Of a stretch of DNA of 64,000 nt, positions 1-9,714 are shown in pieces (the first letter of the stretch is position 1; every line of letters begins with the position of its first letter). The notes under the pieces are model-generated. The model saw only the letters and a list, made by a program, of their open reading frames with translations. It did not search any database and was not told the DNA's origin. Made by a program: the position numbers and the translations under genes. Source of the DNA: Bacteroidota bacterium (lineage in GTDB: Bacteria; Bacteroidota; Bacteroidia; Cytophagales; Cyclobacteriaceae); contig JACPVX010000038.1 of the NCBI GenBank assembly GCA_016191555.1, positions 1,506 to 65,505 on the forward strand, given 5' to 3'.

Positions 1-7
1 ATTAACT

Positions 8-415
8 ATGGTGACGAGCAGAATAAATAATGTTATTATTTGTTGCTTGAGTCTTGTATTTTTTGTTTTCATGATTTATGAGACAAGAGAAGAAATTCAG
101 AGAAGAGATTTTATACTTCAAAACTACCAATTAACGATGGGTAGGATAATCAACTATCTAGATAAAGCTAATTCCGATCTTGGCGGAGGTAGGAGTATAG
201 AATATACTTATTCCGTGAATGATGTAGAGTATACCAGAAGAGTGTCAACAGGTATGATGTTTGATGAATGCAAAGCCCTAAGCAGCGACTGTTTGAAAAA
301 GAGATTTTGCGTAGTCTATTCTTTCTCGGACCCTTCCAATAGTTTAATTGACTTTTATCATGAAGTATTTGAGGATAGTGTTAGGCGGCCTGCTGATATG
401 AGTTATTTTGAATAG
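8..415 (+). CDS. Hypothetical membrane-anchored protein (DUF3592-like architecture)
   Basis: 135 aa ORF with one N-terminal TM segment and an IEYTYSVNDVEY beta-rich motif; AT-rich sequence. Confidence 0.6.
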   Translation: MVTSRINNVIICCLSLVFFVFMIYETREEIQRRDFILQNYQLTMGRIINYLDKANSDLGGGRSIEYTYSVNDVEYTRRVSTGMMFDECKALSSDCLKKRFCVVYSFSDPSNSLIDFYHEVFEDSVRRPADMSYFE

Positions 416-536
416 GTCCATATAAGAAGAGGATAGAAACATATGAAACGATAGTAGAGGAGATGGTCAAACAAAATTTATTGCTTGGATTTAAATTGTC
501 GTGAAACAGCAAGTAAAAAACTAAGATCACTTACTC

Positions 537-755
537 ATGAGTATTGAGTTATTTACGATTTTCTTGGCATTAATTGTAGTCATATTTATTTTTTACTTTA
601 TTTTTTTTCGTTACCCCGAATATCAGGAGAGCCTTAATGAAGCAACGGATCAACATCAAATAGATTTACTTAAAGCACATTTCGCAGCATCGATAATGCG
701 ATTGGTCGGCTTAATTACCCTATTAATAGTTTTTATAGTTTTTTGCTTTAAATAA
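537..755 (+). CDS. Small two-TM hypothetical membrane protein
   Basis: 72 aa with two hydrophobic helices; AT-rich. Confidence 0.5.
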   Translation: MSIELFTIFLALIVVIFIFYFIFFRYPEYQESLNEATDQHQIDLLKAHFAASIMRLVGLITLLIVFIVFCFK

Positions 756-839
756 TCATTACTACCCCCTAACTCTATCTCAGGCATCCCTCTGGTGCTC
801 TGCGCCAATTAAAAGTAGATTCACCTTATTTTCCCAACC

Positions 840-874
840 TGACAAAAGTCATAGGATTGTGTAACCTCTGTCAC
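840..874. promoter_or_regulatory. Two putative dyad operator sites upstream of the MBL-rhodanese gene
   Basis: TGAC-aaaa-GTCA (840-851) and GTAAC-ctct-GTCAC (861-874), same N4 spacing; regulator unknown, Crp/Fnr-type inferred. Confidence 0.45.
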
Positions 875-956
875 CGACATTCGCATACGTATGTTGGACA
901 TTTGCGGAAGCTTCGGTAAAAGAGGCAGGTTTTATTTCTAACCTAACACATCATTT

Positions 957-2378
957 ATGAAAGTTGAGCAGATTTATACTGGTTGTTTGGCGGAGGCCGC
1001 CTACTACATCGAAAGCAACGGTGAAGCAGCGATAATCGATCCGCTTCGGGAAACAGCTCCGTACATCGAGCGGGCTGCGAAGGATAGCGCTGCAATTAAA
1101 TATGTATTAGAAACGCACTTTCATGCCGACTTCGTGAGCGGACATATTGATCTGGCAAAGAAAACCAATTCGCAAATTGTGTTCGGGCCAACCGCCACGC
1201 CCGGCTACGAAGCGCATGTGGCGAAGGATGGTGAAATCCTCACATTGGGAAACGTAAAAATAAAAGTATTGCACACACCGGGTCACACGCTCGAGTCGAC
1301 TAGCTATTTGCTCATAGATGAAAATGGAAAAGAGTATGCTGTGTTTACGGGCGATACATTATTTATTGGCGATGTAGGTCGCCCGGATTTGGTGCAGAAA
1401 GTCAAAGCTGAGATTACGCCCAACTACTTAGCTGGTTTACTCTACGATTCGCTGCGCAACAAACTCATGACATTGAATGACGAGGTGATCGTTTATCCCG
1501 GACACGGAGCAGGAAGTGCATGCGGCAAGAAAATGGATAAAGAAACTATCTCTACCATCGGCAAACAAAAGCGATTCAACTACGCGCTGCGTGCGGATAT
1601 GGGCAAGGAAGAATTTATTGCAGCAGTTACCGATGGACTCGTAGAACCACCGCAATATTTTCCCGCCAACGTAATTATGAACCTGACGGGAAAAATGGAG
1701 GGGATCGATGCGATTATGACCAAAGGCAATCAACCACTTTCTGCCAACGCGTTTGAAATTGCGTGGGAAGAAAATCATGCATTGATTATTGACGCACGCC
1801 AAAAGGAAGATTTTATTCAGGGTTTTATTCCAGGTTCTATTTTTATTGGCATTGATGATTCGTTTGCGCCTTGGGTAGGTACACTCGTCCCGGATTTACA
1901 GCAACCCATTTTATTGGTTATCGAGCCGGGGCGTGAAGAAGAAGCAATCACCCGATTAGCGCGCGTGGGTTATGACAACACGATTGGATATTTGAGTGGC
2001 GGCTTGGAAGCCTGGCGAGAGGCCGGATATGAAATTGATACATTGGATTGTATAACAGCAGAAGAATTTGCAGTTCGGTTTACAAAAAATCCCGACTTGC
2101 ATGTTTTAGATGTGCGAAGACACAGCGAATATGAAACAGAACATTTAGTAGGCGCTGAAAATTTTCCGTTGGATTTTGTGAATAAGAATATCTCCGCCAT
2201 CGATCCGGAGACGGATTATTACATCCATTGTGCCGGTGGCTACCGTTCGGTGATCATGTGTTCCATTTTAAAAGCGCGAGGATATCATCGCTTGAAAAAT
2301 ATATTGGGAGGCTATAAGTCGCTGAGCACGACTAATCTGAAACGATCCGAATTACATCAAGTGAATACAGAGCTTTAA
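957..2378 (+). CDS. MBL-fold metallo-hydrolase with two rhodanese domains (persulfide dioxygenase/sulfurtransferase-like)
   Basis: THFHADF, HTPGHT, FTGDTLF, YPGHG motifs; C-terminal rhodanese HCAGGYRS. Confidence 0.9.
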   Translation: MKVEQIYTGCLAEAAYYIESNGEAAIIDPLRETAPYIERAAKDSAAIKYVLETHFHADFVSGHIDLAKKTNSQIVFGPTATPGYEAHVAKDGEILTLGNVKIKVLHTPGHTLESTSYLLIDENGKEYAVFTGDTLFIGDVGRPDLVQKVKAEITPNYLAGLLYDSLRNKLMTLNDEVIVYPGHGAGSACGKKMDKETISTIGKQKRFNYALRADMGKEEFIAAVTDGLVEPPQYFPANVIMNLTGKMEGIDAIMTKGNQPLSANAFEIAWEENHALIIDARQKEDFIQGFIPGSIFIGIDDSFAPWVGTLVPDLQQPILLVIEPGREEEAITRLARVGYDNTIGYLSGGLEAWREAGYEIDTLDCITAEEFAVRFTKNPDLHVLDVRRHSEYETEHLVGAENFPLDFVNKNISAIDPETDYYIHCAGGYRSVIMCSILKARGYHRLKNILGGYKSLSTTNLKRSELHQVNTEL

Positions 2379-2391
2379 TTCGATGAAGGCA

Positions 2392-5256
2392 CTAACGCAC
2401 ATCGAAGAATGAGCGGGTGCGGTTTAGCTTGAGATCGCGGAGAAGTGTCGACTTAACACCGATGTTGAACGTATAGTTTTGAAATGGACCGAAGGGAACC
2501 CAGTTCAAAGAGAGTTGCCAACAGTGAATATCGCGGTTAATGCCGAAGTTGGTTTGTGTGATTTGACCGGAGACAAAATCATAACCAGAATTGAAAGTCA
2601 TTTTCCATTTTTGGGTAAGCGACAAGTCGCCTGAGAAATTCAGCGCCTGTGTAATTTGGGAAGCCGAATTCACACCGTGGCTGTAGTTGATGTTGTAGTT
2701 GATGCGCAAATTCCATGGCACTGAAAAATCCACATACACATTGGGATTTTGAAGTAAATAATCCTTATCCGCTTGGTTGGCATTTGATTTCGCCACTTTG
2801 TCGCGCAGTTCGGTATCACTTTTTTGTCCTTTCGGATTCAGGTTCGTGCTAAACGCCAGACCGGCAGACGTAATTCTACCGAGGCTTCCATTTGCCCAAG
2901 CAAAACGATCTCTTTTGCGCTCAATGATGGAAGTGCCTTCTGTTGGAATAGTCAATGTATTCCATCCTTTTTCAATTATATATGGCTCAAGAGTAGCATT
3001 GATGTTGATGTTGATTTTATTATTGAGCACGTTCGTGTTGGCGCTCATGCTGATGGGAGCCAGCTTGAATGAATCGGCAGCGAAATTGTAGCTTGAGTTG
3101 ATCGAGAGATTATTAAAGATAGAAACTTTGCGCGCAACGGAATCTTTCTTGCCTTGTACTTTCATCTCTACGGTGTTTCCAATGCCAAAACTGACAGCAT
3201 TGCTCAACCCGCTACGCGAGCCGCCATACACAAAACCTTCGTGGCGAGATTTCAAAACCGTGATATTTTTTCCGGCAGCGTCTTTCAAATTCAGACGCTG
3301 GTAATAATCATAGCTTGGATCGCCGAAGTCGGGGGTATAACCATACGAAATAGTTGGTGTGATCACGTGCCGTATTCCTTTGATTTTGGCGTTTGGATTT
3401 TTGGAGAGATACGTTCCGTAAATGCGGGTGGTCATGCTGACGGAGAAAGTATAATTGGTGATGCGATTGAACACACGTGAAGTATCTTTAATTACTGCTT
3501 TCTTGCCGGTAGCATCTACGCCCCAATTCAATTTTTGAAAATACCAGGTCTCATCGATGGAGATGTTGGGGCTTACCGCGAAAAACTTTTTTACTTTAAT
3601 AGTGGTAGATAATGGGATGTTATGCTTCACACCGTTTTTGGCGTTTCTGAAAAACAATCCCAGATTGGCGCCATTGAAACTGGCAATGCTGTCTTTAGTA
3701 GAATTTCCAATTTTACCAATGTTGTTGGTGATTTGATTGGTGCCCGTCATGCTGTAGCGCATGTTAAAATTTTCAAATGCTTCGCCAAGACCTTTATTCT
3801 TAAATGGGTACAAGTTGTTCACATTGAATGTGACATCCGGTAAGGGCAAATCAACCTGGCCGGTGGAAAGATCTTGACTGTGGCGCATGTTGACGCCCAA
3901 CGTAAATGGCGTGCCCGTAAATGTTTTTGAATATGAGATGTTCGAAGTAAGCTTTCGCGAAACATTGTCGGGGCGCTGCATGTTGGGGTTGGAGTTCACC
4001 CCTAAATAATTATTGGCCGTAAAGGAAGAAGATGCTGCGTTGACCGATGCAGAAAAGCGACTGGAGCCGCGCGATTTAGGGCTATGTGACCAAGAGAGTT
4101 GAAAATCTTTTAATCGGCTTTGATCTTCAAATTTGTCGTTTACCAGATTGCTGGTAAAAGCAAAGTTGAATGAGCCTGTGTACTTGTAGCGGTTGTTGTA
4201 GATGGTATTGATTTTTACCGCGTTCGACCCTTTCGAATAGATATCGGCCGTGAGTGTTAGTTTTACATAATCGCTGATGTCGAAGAAATAGCCGCCATTG
4301 CGTAAGAAGAAACCTCTTCGTTGCTCTTCGCCATATTCGGGCACGATAATCCCAGAAGAACTTTGTCGCTGGGAAGGAAACATGCCGAAGGCGAAGCCCA
4401 GTGGCGTTGGCACATGGTTGAATTCCATATAAAAAGGACCGGTCACAATTTTATCGCCGGGAATGGCTTTTGCTTTTTTGGAGATGATTCGGAAGTGTGG
4501 ATCTTTTAAGTCGCAGGTCGTGTAGGTGTTGTTGATGGTGAACAACTCGTTCTTGTCGTTTTTGTACACTTTTGCGCCCGCCATAAAGCCCTCTCCCTGC
4601 TTTGTCACTACTTCGGAGATAAAGGCTTTTTTCAATTTGAAGTCATATGTCATTGATTTGGTTTCGTACTCTTCTTTGCCGTCTTTAAAAACCGGAAACC
4701 CAACGAGGCGACCCAGAGAATCGGGTTTGCCATTGGCGGTGATGGTTGATTTTTCGTAGTCAATTACAATCAGTTCTGCATCTAATTGAATAGTGCCGTA
4801 CTGTACTTTGGCATCGCCATAGAGTTTTACAATTTTTCTGTCTAAGCTAAAGTTGATTGAATCGGTGGCAGAATAAACAATGGTGGTTTCGATATCTCCT
4901 TTTTTGGCGGTAGCTACCGAATCTTTTTTAAAAGAGGTGGTATCTCCTTTAATAGTAGGTGGCGGCTGACTGCCGATGGGTGATTCGGGGCGTGGCCGTT
5001 GCTGCTGTGCCTGCGATGAAAGAAATGAAACGAATATGACGAATAGCGTGAGTGAAAAGAATAAGCGAAGTGAAACGGGGCGATAGGCGCTGTACGCGTG
5101 CGCAGCGGGCAAGGGATTGAAGCGAAAAGCCCTAAAAAAAGAGGCGTGTAGGTTGGGTTGCAGCGAGTAAGGGCTTGTAGCGAAAAGCCCGGTGGCCACT
5201 GCGACTAGCTTGGCCATGCCCCCACGTGCAACAAAACAGCTATGCATTTGGCGCAA
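2392..5256 (-). CDS. lptD: Putative LPS-assembly outer membrane protein LptD (Bacteroidota type)
   Basis: YSATDSI..LYGDAKVQY OstA-like region, YTTCD..PHF, C-terminal barrel RDIHCWQ; divergent from the amidase. Start uncertain (TTG 5256, ATG 5247, ATG 5217 or TTG 5112); the 5535 start overlaps the amidase and is unlikely. Confidence 0.85.
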   Translation of the reverse strand: MRQMHSCFVARGGMAKLVAVATGLFATSPYSLQPNLHASFFRAFRFNPLPAAHAYSAYRPVSLRLFFSLTLFVIFVSFLSSQAQQQRPRPESPIGSQPPPTIKGDTTSFKKDSVATAKKGDIETTIVYSATDSINFSLDRKIVKLYGDAKVQYGTIQLDAELIVIDYEKSTITANGKPDSLGRLVGFPVFKDGKEEYETKSMTYDFKLKKAFISEVVTKQGEGFMAGAKVYKNDKNELFTINNTYTTCDLKDPHFRIISKKAKAIPGDKIVTGPFYMEFNHVPTPLGFAFGMFPSQRQSSSGIIVPEYGEEQRRGFFLRNGGYFFDISDYVKLTLTADIYSKGSNAVKINTIYNNRYKYTGSFNFAFTSNLVNDKFEDQSRLKDFQLSWSHSPKSRGSSRFSASVNAASSSFTANNYLGVNSNPNMQRPDNVSRKLTSNISYSKTFTGTPFTLGVNMRHSQDLSTGQVDLPLPDVTFNVNNLYPFKNKGLGEAFENFNMRYSMTGTNQITNNIGKIGNSTKDSIASFNGANLGLFFRNAKNGVKHNIPLSTTIKVKKFFAVSPNISIDETWYFQKLNWGVDATGKKAVIKDTSRVFNRITNYTFSVSMTTRIYGTYLSKNPNAKIKGIRHVITPTISYGYTPDFGDPSYDYYQRLNLKDAAGKNITVLKSRHEGFVYGGSRSGLSNAVSFGIGNTVEMKVQGKKDSVARKVSIFNNLSINSSYNFAADSFKLAPISMSANTNVLNNKINININATLEPYIIEKGWNTLTIPTEGTSIIERKRDRFAWANGSLGRITSAGLAFSTNLNPKGQKSDTELRDKVAKSNANQADKDYLLQNPNVYVDFSVPWNLRINYNINYSHGVNSASQITQALNFSGDLSLTQKWKMTFNSGYDFVSGQITQTNFGINRDIHCWQLSLNWVPFGPFQNYTFNIGVKSTLLRDLKLNRTRSFFDVR
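5107..5221 (+). ncRNA. Flavo-1-like structured repeat element, copy A
   Basis: GGGATTGAAGCGAAAAGCCCT...AGGGCTTGTAGCGAAAAGCCCGG; outer stem GGGCA/TGCCC; similar to four other copies. Family name is from memory of the motif. Confidence 0.7.
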
Positions 5257-5350
5257 TAGCCCTCCTTTGGTCTTCAACAGTTTACCTTTTAATGAAAAAT
5301 TCACAACTTTACACAAACTTATTGCAATTACGCAAGCTTCAATAACCACT

Positions 5351-6133
5351 GTGGGCAAATTCCCTTTTAATCTTCTTTTAGTAGCAATAACCTTGCTAAA
5401 CTCTTCAGTTACGTTTCGGCCTGCTGAATTTAAGCTGGAAACTATCGTGATTGACCCTGGCCACGGGGGCAAAGACCCCGGAACTTTGGGCAAGAAGGCG
5501 AAGGAAAAGGATGTGGCGCTAAAGATTTCGCTCAAGTTGGGGGCTTACATCGAAAAAAACTTTCCGGATGTGAAAGTAATTTATACCCGCAAAGATGATA
5601 AGTACGTGGCGCTGGATGAGCGCGCTGATATGGCCAACCGAAATAAGGCACAGCTATTTATTTGCATACACGCCAATTCGCTGCCGGGCGCACCGGCACA
5701 TGGCACCGAGACTTTTGTGATGGGCTTGCATAAAGACAAAGGCAATTTTGAGGTGGCCAAGCGTGAAAATTCTGTGATTTTGATGGACGAGAATTACCAG
5801 CAACGCTATGAAGGTTTTGACCCGAAGAGTCCTGAATCGTACATTTTATTTACCTTGAGCCAAAGTGCATATCATGAGAGTAGCTTACGCTTTGCGCAGA
5901 AGGTAGAGAATCAATTTAAAACGAAGGCCGGTCGATTTAGCAGGGGTGTAAAGCAAGCCGGATTTTTGGTGTTGTGGAAAACTTCGATGCCGAGTGTGTT
6001 GATCGAAACCGGTTTTCTGTCGCAAGGCAAAGAAGAGAGTTTTTTATTGTCGGATGATGGCCAAGACATGATTGCATCGGGCATTTACCGGGCCTTTAAG
6101 GAGTATAAGACGGAAATAGAATCAATTAACTAA
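5351..6133 (+). CDS. N-acetylmuramoyl-L-alanine amidase (Amidase_3)
   Basis: VIDPGHGGKDPG, EKDVAL, ICIHAN, PSVLIETGF; GTG 5351 precedes the signal-like segment. Confidence 0.92.
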   Translation: MGKFPFNLLLVAITLLNSSVTFRPAEFKLETIVIDPGHGGKDPGTLGKKAKEKDVALKISLKLGAYIEKNFPDVKVIYTRKDDKYVALDERADMANRNKAQLFICIHANSLPGAPAHGTETFVMGLHKDKGNFEVAKRENSVILMDENYQQRYEGFDPKSPESYILFTLSQSAYHESSLRFAQKVENQFKTKAGRFSRGVKQAGFLVLWKTSMPSVLIETGFLSQGKEESFLLSDDGQDMIASGIYRAFKEYKTEIESIN

Positions 6134-6137
6134 CTGC

Positions 6138-7112
6138 GTGAAAACTAAAGAATTTAAGGTAGGTCTCTTCATCGCCATTGCCATTGCAATGCTTTATTTT
6201 GGATTCAATTACTTGAAGGGGATTGATTTTTTTTCACGCTCAGTGAAATATTATGCGGTGTATGACAACATTGACCAGTTAGCGGTGTCGAACCCCGTGT
6301 TGGTGAATGGTATGCCGGTGGGGCGTGTGAGTGCCATCAGCCTGTTGCAAAATAGAAACAACCACGTGTTGGTGGAGATGGAGATCGACTCGAATGTTCC
6401 TTTGTCGGATTCTACCACTGCTATTTTGAATAGTTCACTGTTAGGTAGCAAATCAGTGTTGCTTCAAATCGGGCAGTCGAAAACCAAAATAAAACCAGGC
6501 GATACCATTCGCTCGGAAGTAGCGAAGGGCATGTTTGATGTGCTTTCAGAAACGGCTACGCCCGTAGCTTCGGACTTGCAAACCACGTTGCGTAAATTCA
6601 ATGGCATTATTGATAATCTTTCGAAGAACTCGCAGCAACTCGAAGTGATTTTTGCCAAACTGCAAACAACACCTGATTTGCTGAACAAAACCTTGGTGAC
6701 AGCCAATACGAAAATGGAGGATTTGTCGGGTTCAGTAAAAGGCGTGGCGGATAACTTAAATACAACACTACACGAATTGCGTCCTACACTTCATAACTTC
6801 AAAACGATTTCAGATTCTTTGAAGATGATGAAGCTGAACCAAACACTTCAAAAGACACAGCAAGCCATCGGCAATTTGAATCAGACACTCGCCCGACTGA
6901 ACAAAGGAGACAACACCATGAGTAAGTTGCTGACGGAAGATACATTGTATGTCAACATCAACCGGTTGGTGAAAGACCTCGATACGTTGGTGGTACATTT
7001 CAATAGCAACCCAAAACATTTTTTAGGACCGCTGGGAAAAAGCAAAGAGAAGATTGAGCGCGACAAGCGTAAAGAGGAAGAGCAGAAAAAGGCAGCCGCA
7101 AAAAAGAAATAG
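6138..7112 (+). CDS. MlaD/MCE family protein
   Basis: N-terminal TM, V.VNGMPVGRV, LLGSKSV, long helical C-terminus. Confidence 0.88.
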   Translation: MKTKEFKVGLFIAIAIAMLYFGFNYLKGIDFFSRSVKYYAVYDNIDQLAVSNPVLVNGMPVGRVSAISLLQNRNNHVLVEMEIDSNVPLSDSTTAILNSSLLGSKSVLLQIGQSKTKIKPGDTIRSEVAKGMFDVLSETATPVASDLQTTLRKFNGIIDNLSKNSQQLEVIFAKLQTTPDLLNKTLVTANTKMEDLSGSVKGVADNLNTTLHELRPTLHNFKTISDSLKMMKLNQTLQKTQQAIGNLNQTLARLNKGDNTMSKLLTEDTLYVNINRLVKDLDTLVVHFNSNPKHFLGPLGKSKEKIERDKRKEEEQKKAAAKKK

Positions 7113-7138
7113 TTGGCTGTTGTAACCCAAACCACCGA

Positions 7139-8764
7139 ATGGATTTAGAATTTAATAAGAACGAAGATCAGCTTAAGCAACTCTGCTTTCAACTCAAGTC
7201 GAAGGGAAAAAAGACGATGCTGGGTGGTGGCGAAAAGAAAATTGAAGACCAACATCAGAAAGGGAAACTGACCGCGCGCGAGCGCATTGATTATCTTATC
7301 GACAAAGGATCTTATTTTTTAGAAATAGCTCTCTTTGCCGGAGAAGGCATGTATAAAGAGCAGGGCGGTTGCCCTTCAGGCGGAGTGGTTACGGGCATTG
7401 GTTTTGTGAAAGGCAGACAATGTGTGATTGTGGCCAACGATGCTACCGTTAAAGCCGGAGCCTGGTTTCCCATTACAGCCAAGAAAAATTTGCGAGCACA
7501 AGAGATTGCGATGGAAAATCATCTGCCCATTATTTATCTGGTGGATAGTGCCGGTGTTTTTCTGCCCATGCAGGATGAAATTTTTCCGGACAAAGAACAT
7601 TTTGGAAGGCAGTTTAGGAACAATGCGAAAATGTCGGCCATGGGCATCGTGCAGGTAGCCGCGATTATGGGAAGCTGCGTGGCGGGTGGTGCTTATCTAC
7701 CGATTATGTCGGACGAGGCGATGATTGTTGATAAAACCGGTTCGATCTTTTTAGCAGGATCGTATTTGGTGAAAGCTGCTATCGGTGAAGATATTGATAA
7801 TGAAACGCTGGGTGGTGCGACAACTCAATGCGAGATTTCAGGTGTAACAGATAATAAGTTCCCGAATGATCAGGCCTGTCTCGATTACATCCGCGGATTG
7901 TTCGATAAAATCGGAGCACCGGCAGTAGCGGGCTTTGATCGGTTGCCTGCTTTACCTCCGAAGGAAAAGCAAGAGGAGATTTATGGAATGATTCCTTCGG
8001 ATCGCACCAAACCTTACGATATGGTGGAGATTATCAAACGCATGGTGGACGATTCTGCTTTTGATGAATACAAAGCTTTGTATGGCAAAACGATTGTGTG
8101 CGGCTTTGCGCGAATCGATGGATGGGCGGTAGGTATTGTGGCCAACCAACGCAAAGTGGTGAAGAATAAAAAGGGCGAAATGCAGATGGGCGGAGTGATC
8201 TACTCGGATTCAGCCGATAAGGCAGCACGCTTTATTATGAATTGTAATCAGCGTAAGGTGCCGTTGTTATTCTTACAGGATGTGAGTGGCTTTATGGTGG
8301 GGAGCAAGGCCGAGCACGGAGGTATCATTAAAGATGGTGCCAAGATGGTGAACGCGATGGCGAACTCTACCGTGCCCAAGTTTACGGTGATCATTGGAAA
8401 CTCGTACGGTGCCGGCAACTATGCTATGTGTGGCAAAGCCTATGACCCGCGATTGATTTTTGCGTGGCCTACAGCACAGATCGCGGTGATGAGTGGAAAC
8501 TCGGCTGCAAAGACGTTGCTGCAAATTCGCGTAAGCACGTTGAAGGCGCAGGGTAAAACGATTACGAAGGAGGAAGAAGATTTATTGCTGAAAGAAATTA
8601 CTGATCGCTACAACGAGCAGTTGAGCCCTTATTACGCGGCTTCGCGCTTGTGGGTAGATGGAGTGATCGACCCACTCGAAACACGCAAGATGATTTCGAT
8701 GGGCATCGCAGCCGCCAACCACGCACCGGTAGAGAAGTTTAATGTGGGGGTGATTCAAACGTAA
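7139..8764 (+). CDS. Acyl-CoA carboxylase beta (carboxyltransferase) subunit, methylcrotonyl-CoA carboxylase-like
   Basis: GKLTARERI, ANDATVKAGAW, LVDSAG, GSCVAGGAY, GAGNYAMCG. Confidence 0.92.
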   Translation: MDLEFNKNEDQLKQLCFQLKSKGKKTMLGGGEKKIEDQHQKGKLTARERIDYLIDKGSYFLEIALFAGEGMYKEQGGCPSGGVVTGIGFVKGRQCVIVANDATVKAGAWFPITAKKNLRAQEIAMENHLPIIYLVDSAGVFLPMQDEIFPDKEHFGRQFRNNAKMSAMGIVQVAAIMGSCVAGGAYLPIMSDEAMIVDKTGSIFLAGSYLVKAAIGEDIDNETLGGATTQCEISGVTDNKFPNDQACLDYIRGLFDKIGAPAVAGFDRLPALPPKEKQEEIYGMIPSDRTKPYDMVEIIKRMVDDSAFDEYKALYGKTIVCGFARIDGWAVGIVANQRKVVKNKKGEMQMGGVIYSDSADKAARFIMNCNQRKVPLLFLQDVSGFMVGSKAEHGGIIKDGAKMVNAMANSTVPKFTVIIGNSYGAGNYAMCGKAYDPRLIFAWPTAQIAVMSGNSAAKTLLQIRVSTLKAQGKTITKEEEDLLLKEITDRYNEQLSPYYAASRLWVDGVIDPLETRKMISMGIAAANHAPVEKFNVGVIQT

Positions 8765-8766
8765 AT

Positions 8767-8852
8767 AATTAGCTGATTCGTTAATTCGGTGATTCGTTTA
8801 TGAAAATGGGAGCGTGAATTATCGAATTGCCGAATTAGCAAATCAACGAATT
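8767..8852. repeat. Inverted array of degenerate 8-mers forming a long imperfect hairpin
   Basis: aattagct gattcgtt aattcggt gattcgtt, then gaattatc gaattgcc gaattagc aaatcaac gaatt; arms 8767-8796 and 8823-8852 are complementary at 24 of 30 positions. Confidence 0.7.
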
Positions 8853-8860
8853 AAAGTTAG

Positions 8861-9712
8861 ATGCAGGAAAGTGAATTAAAGGCATTGGTTTCTTTACTGG
8901 ACGATGAGGACAAGCAGATTAGTTCGCACGTAGAGGAGAAGATTCTGTCGCTTGGAAAGCAGGCAATTCCTTTTTTGGAGCATGAGTGGGAGAGTAACCT
9001 GAACCCTCATGTGCAAAGCCGCATCGAAGAACTTATCCACACACTTCAATATGAGTTGCTCAAAGAGCGATTAAAAGAATGGTATCATTCACCCGATCAG
9101 GATTTGCTGACGGGTATGTGGATATTGGCTACGTATCAATATCCTGATTTAGAATTAGAGAAATTACGACAAGACTTAGAGCAAATTTACTACGACACGT
9201 GGTTGGAGTTTCGCCCTGATTTGTACCCATATGATCAAGTGAAGGTGATCAATAGTGTATTGTTTAACAAGCTGAAGTTCGGAGCTAACACCAAAAATTT
9301 TCATTCGCCCGGCAATTCGATGATCAACATTGTGCTGGAATCACGCAAGGGCAACCCGATTACGTTGTGTGTGATTTACATGCTGGTAGCCCAGAAATTA
9401 AAGTTGCCGGTGAGCGGAGTGAACCTTCCGAATTTATTTATTCTCACCTACAAAGACGATAAGCATCAATTTTATATCAATGCCTTCAATCGCGGTTTAA
9501 TCTTTTCGAAGCAAGACATTGAAAACTATATCAACGAGTTGCACCTCGTTCCCCAGACTTCTTTTTACGAGCCTTGTAATAGTTTAGAAATCATCAGACG
9601 CGCTTTGCGAAATCTAGTGATGTCGTTTGAAAAAATTGGTGAACATGCCAAGGCCGAAGAGGTTAAGCTCTTGCTAATCGAAATTTCAGATGGCGGAGAT
9701 TTGGGGGTTTGA
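8861..9712 (+). CDS. SirB1-like transglutaminase-fold protein
   Basis: VLESRKGNPITLCVIY..VAQKLKLPVSGVNLP, FYINAFNRG. Confidence 0.85.
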   Translation: MQESELKALVSLLDDEDKQISSHVEEKILSLGKQAIPFLEHEWESNLNPHVQSRIEELIHTLQYELLKERLKEWYHSPDQDLLTGMWILATYQYPDLELEKLRQDLEQIYYDTWLEFRPDLYPYDQVKVINSVLFNKLKFGANTKNFHSPGNSMINIVLESRKGNPITLCVIYMLVAQKLKLPVSGVNLPNLFILTYKDDKHQFYINAFNRGLIFSKQDIENYINELHLVPQTSFYEPCNSLEIIRRALRNLVMSFEKIGEHAKAEEVKLLLIEISDGGDLGV

Positions 9713-9714
9713 GA

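Noticed and set aside
5257-5535. Long N-terminal extension of the LptD ORF, and the 5192 start of the amidase ORF
   Set aside because: Mutual antisense overlap of two real genes; better starts exist at about 5256 and at 5351
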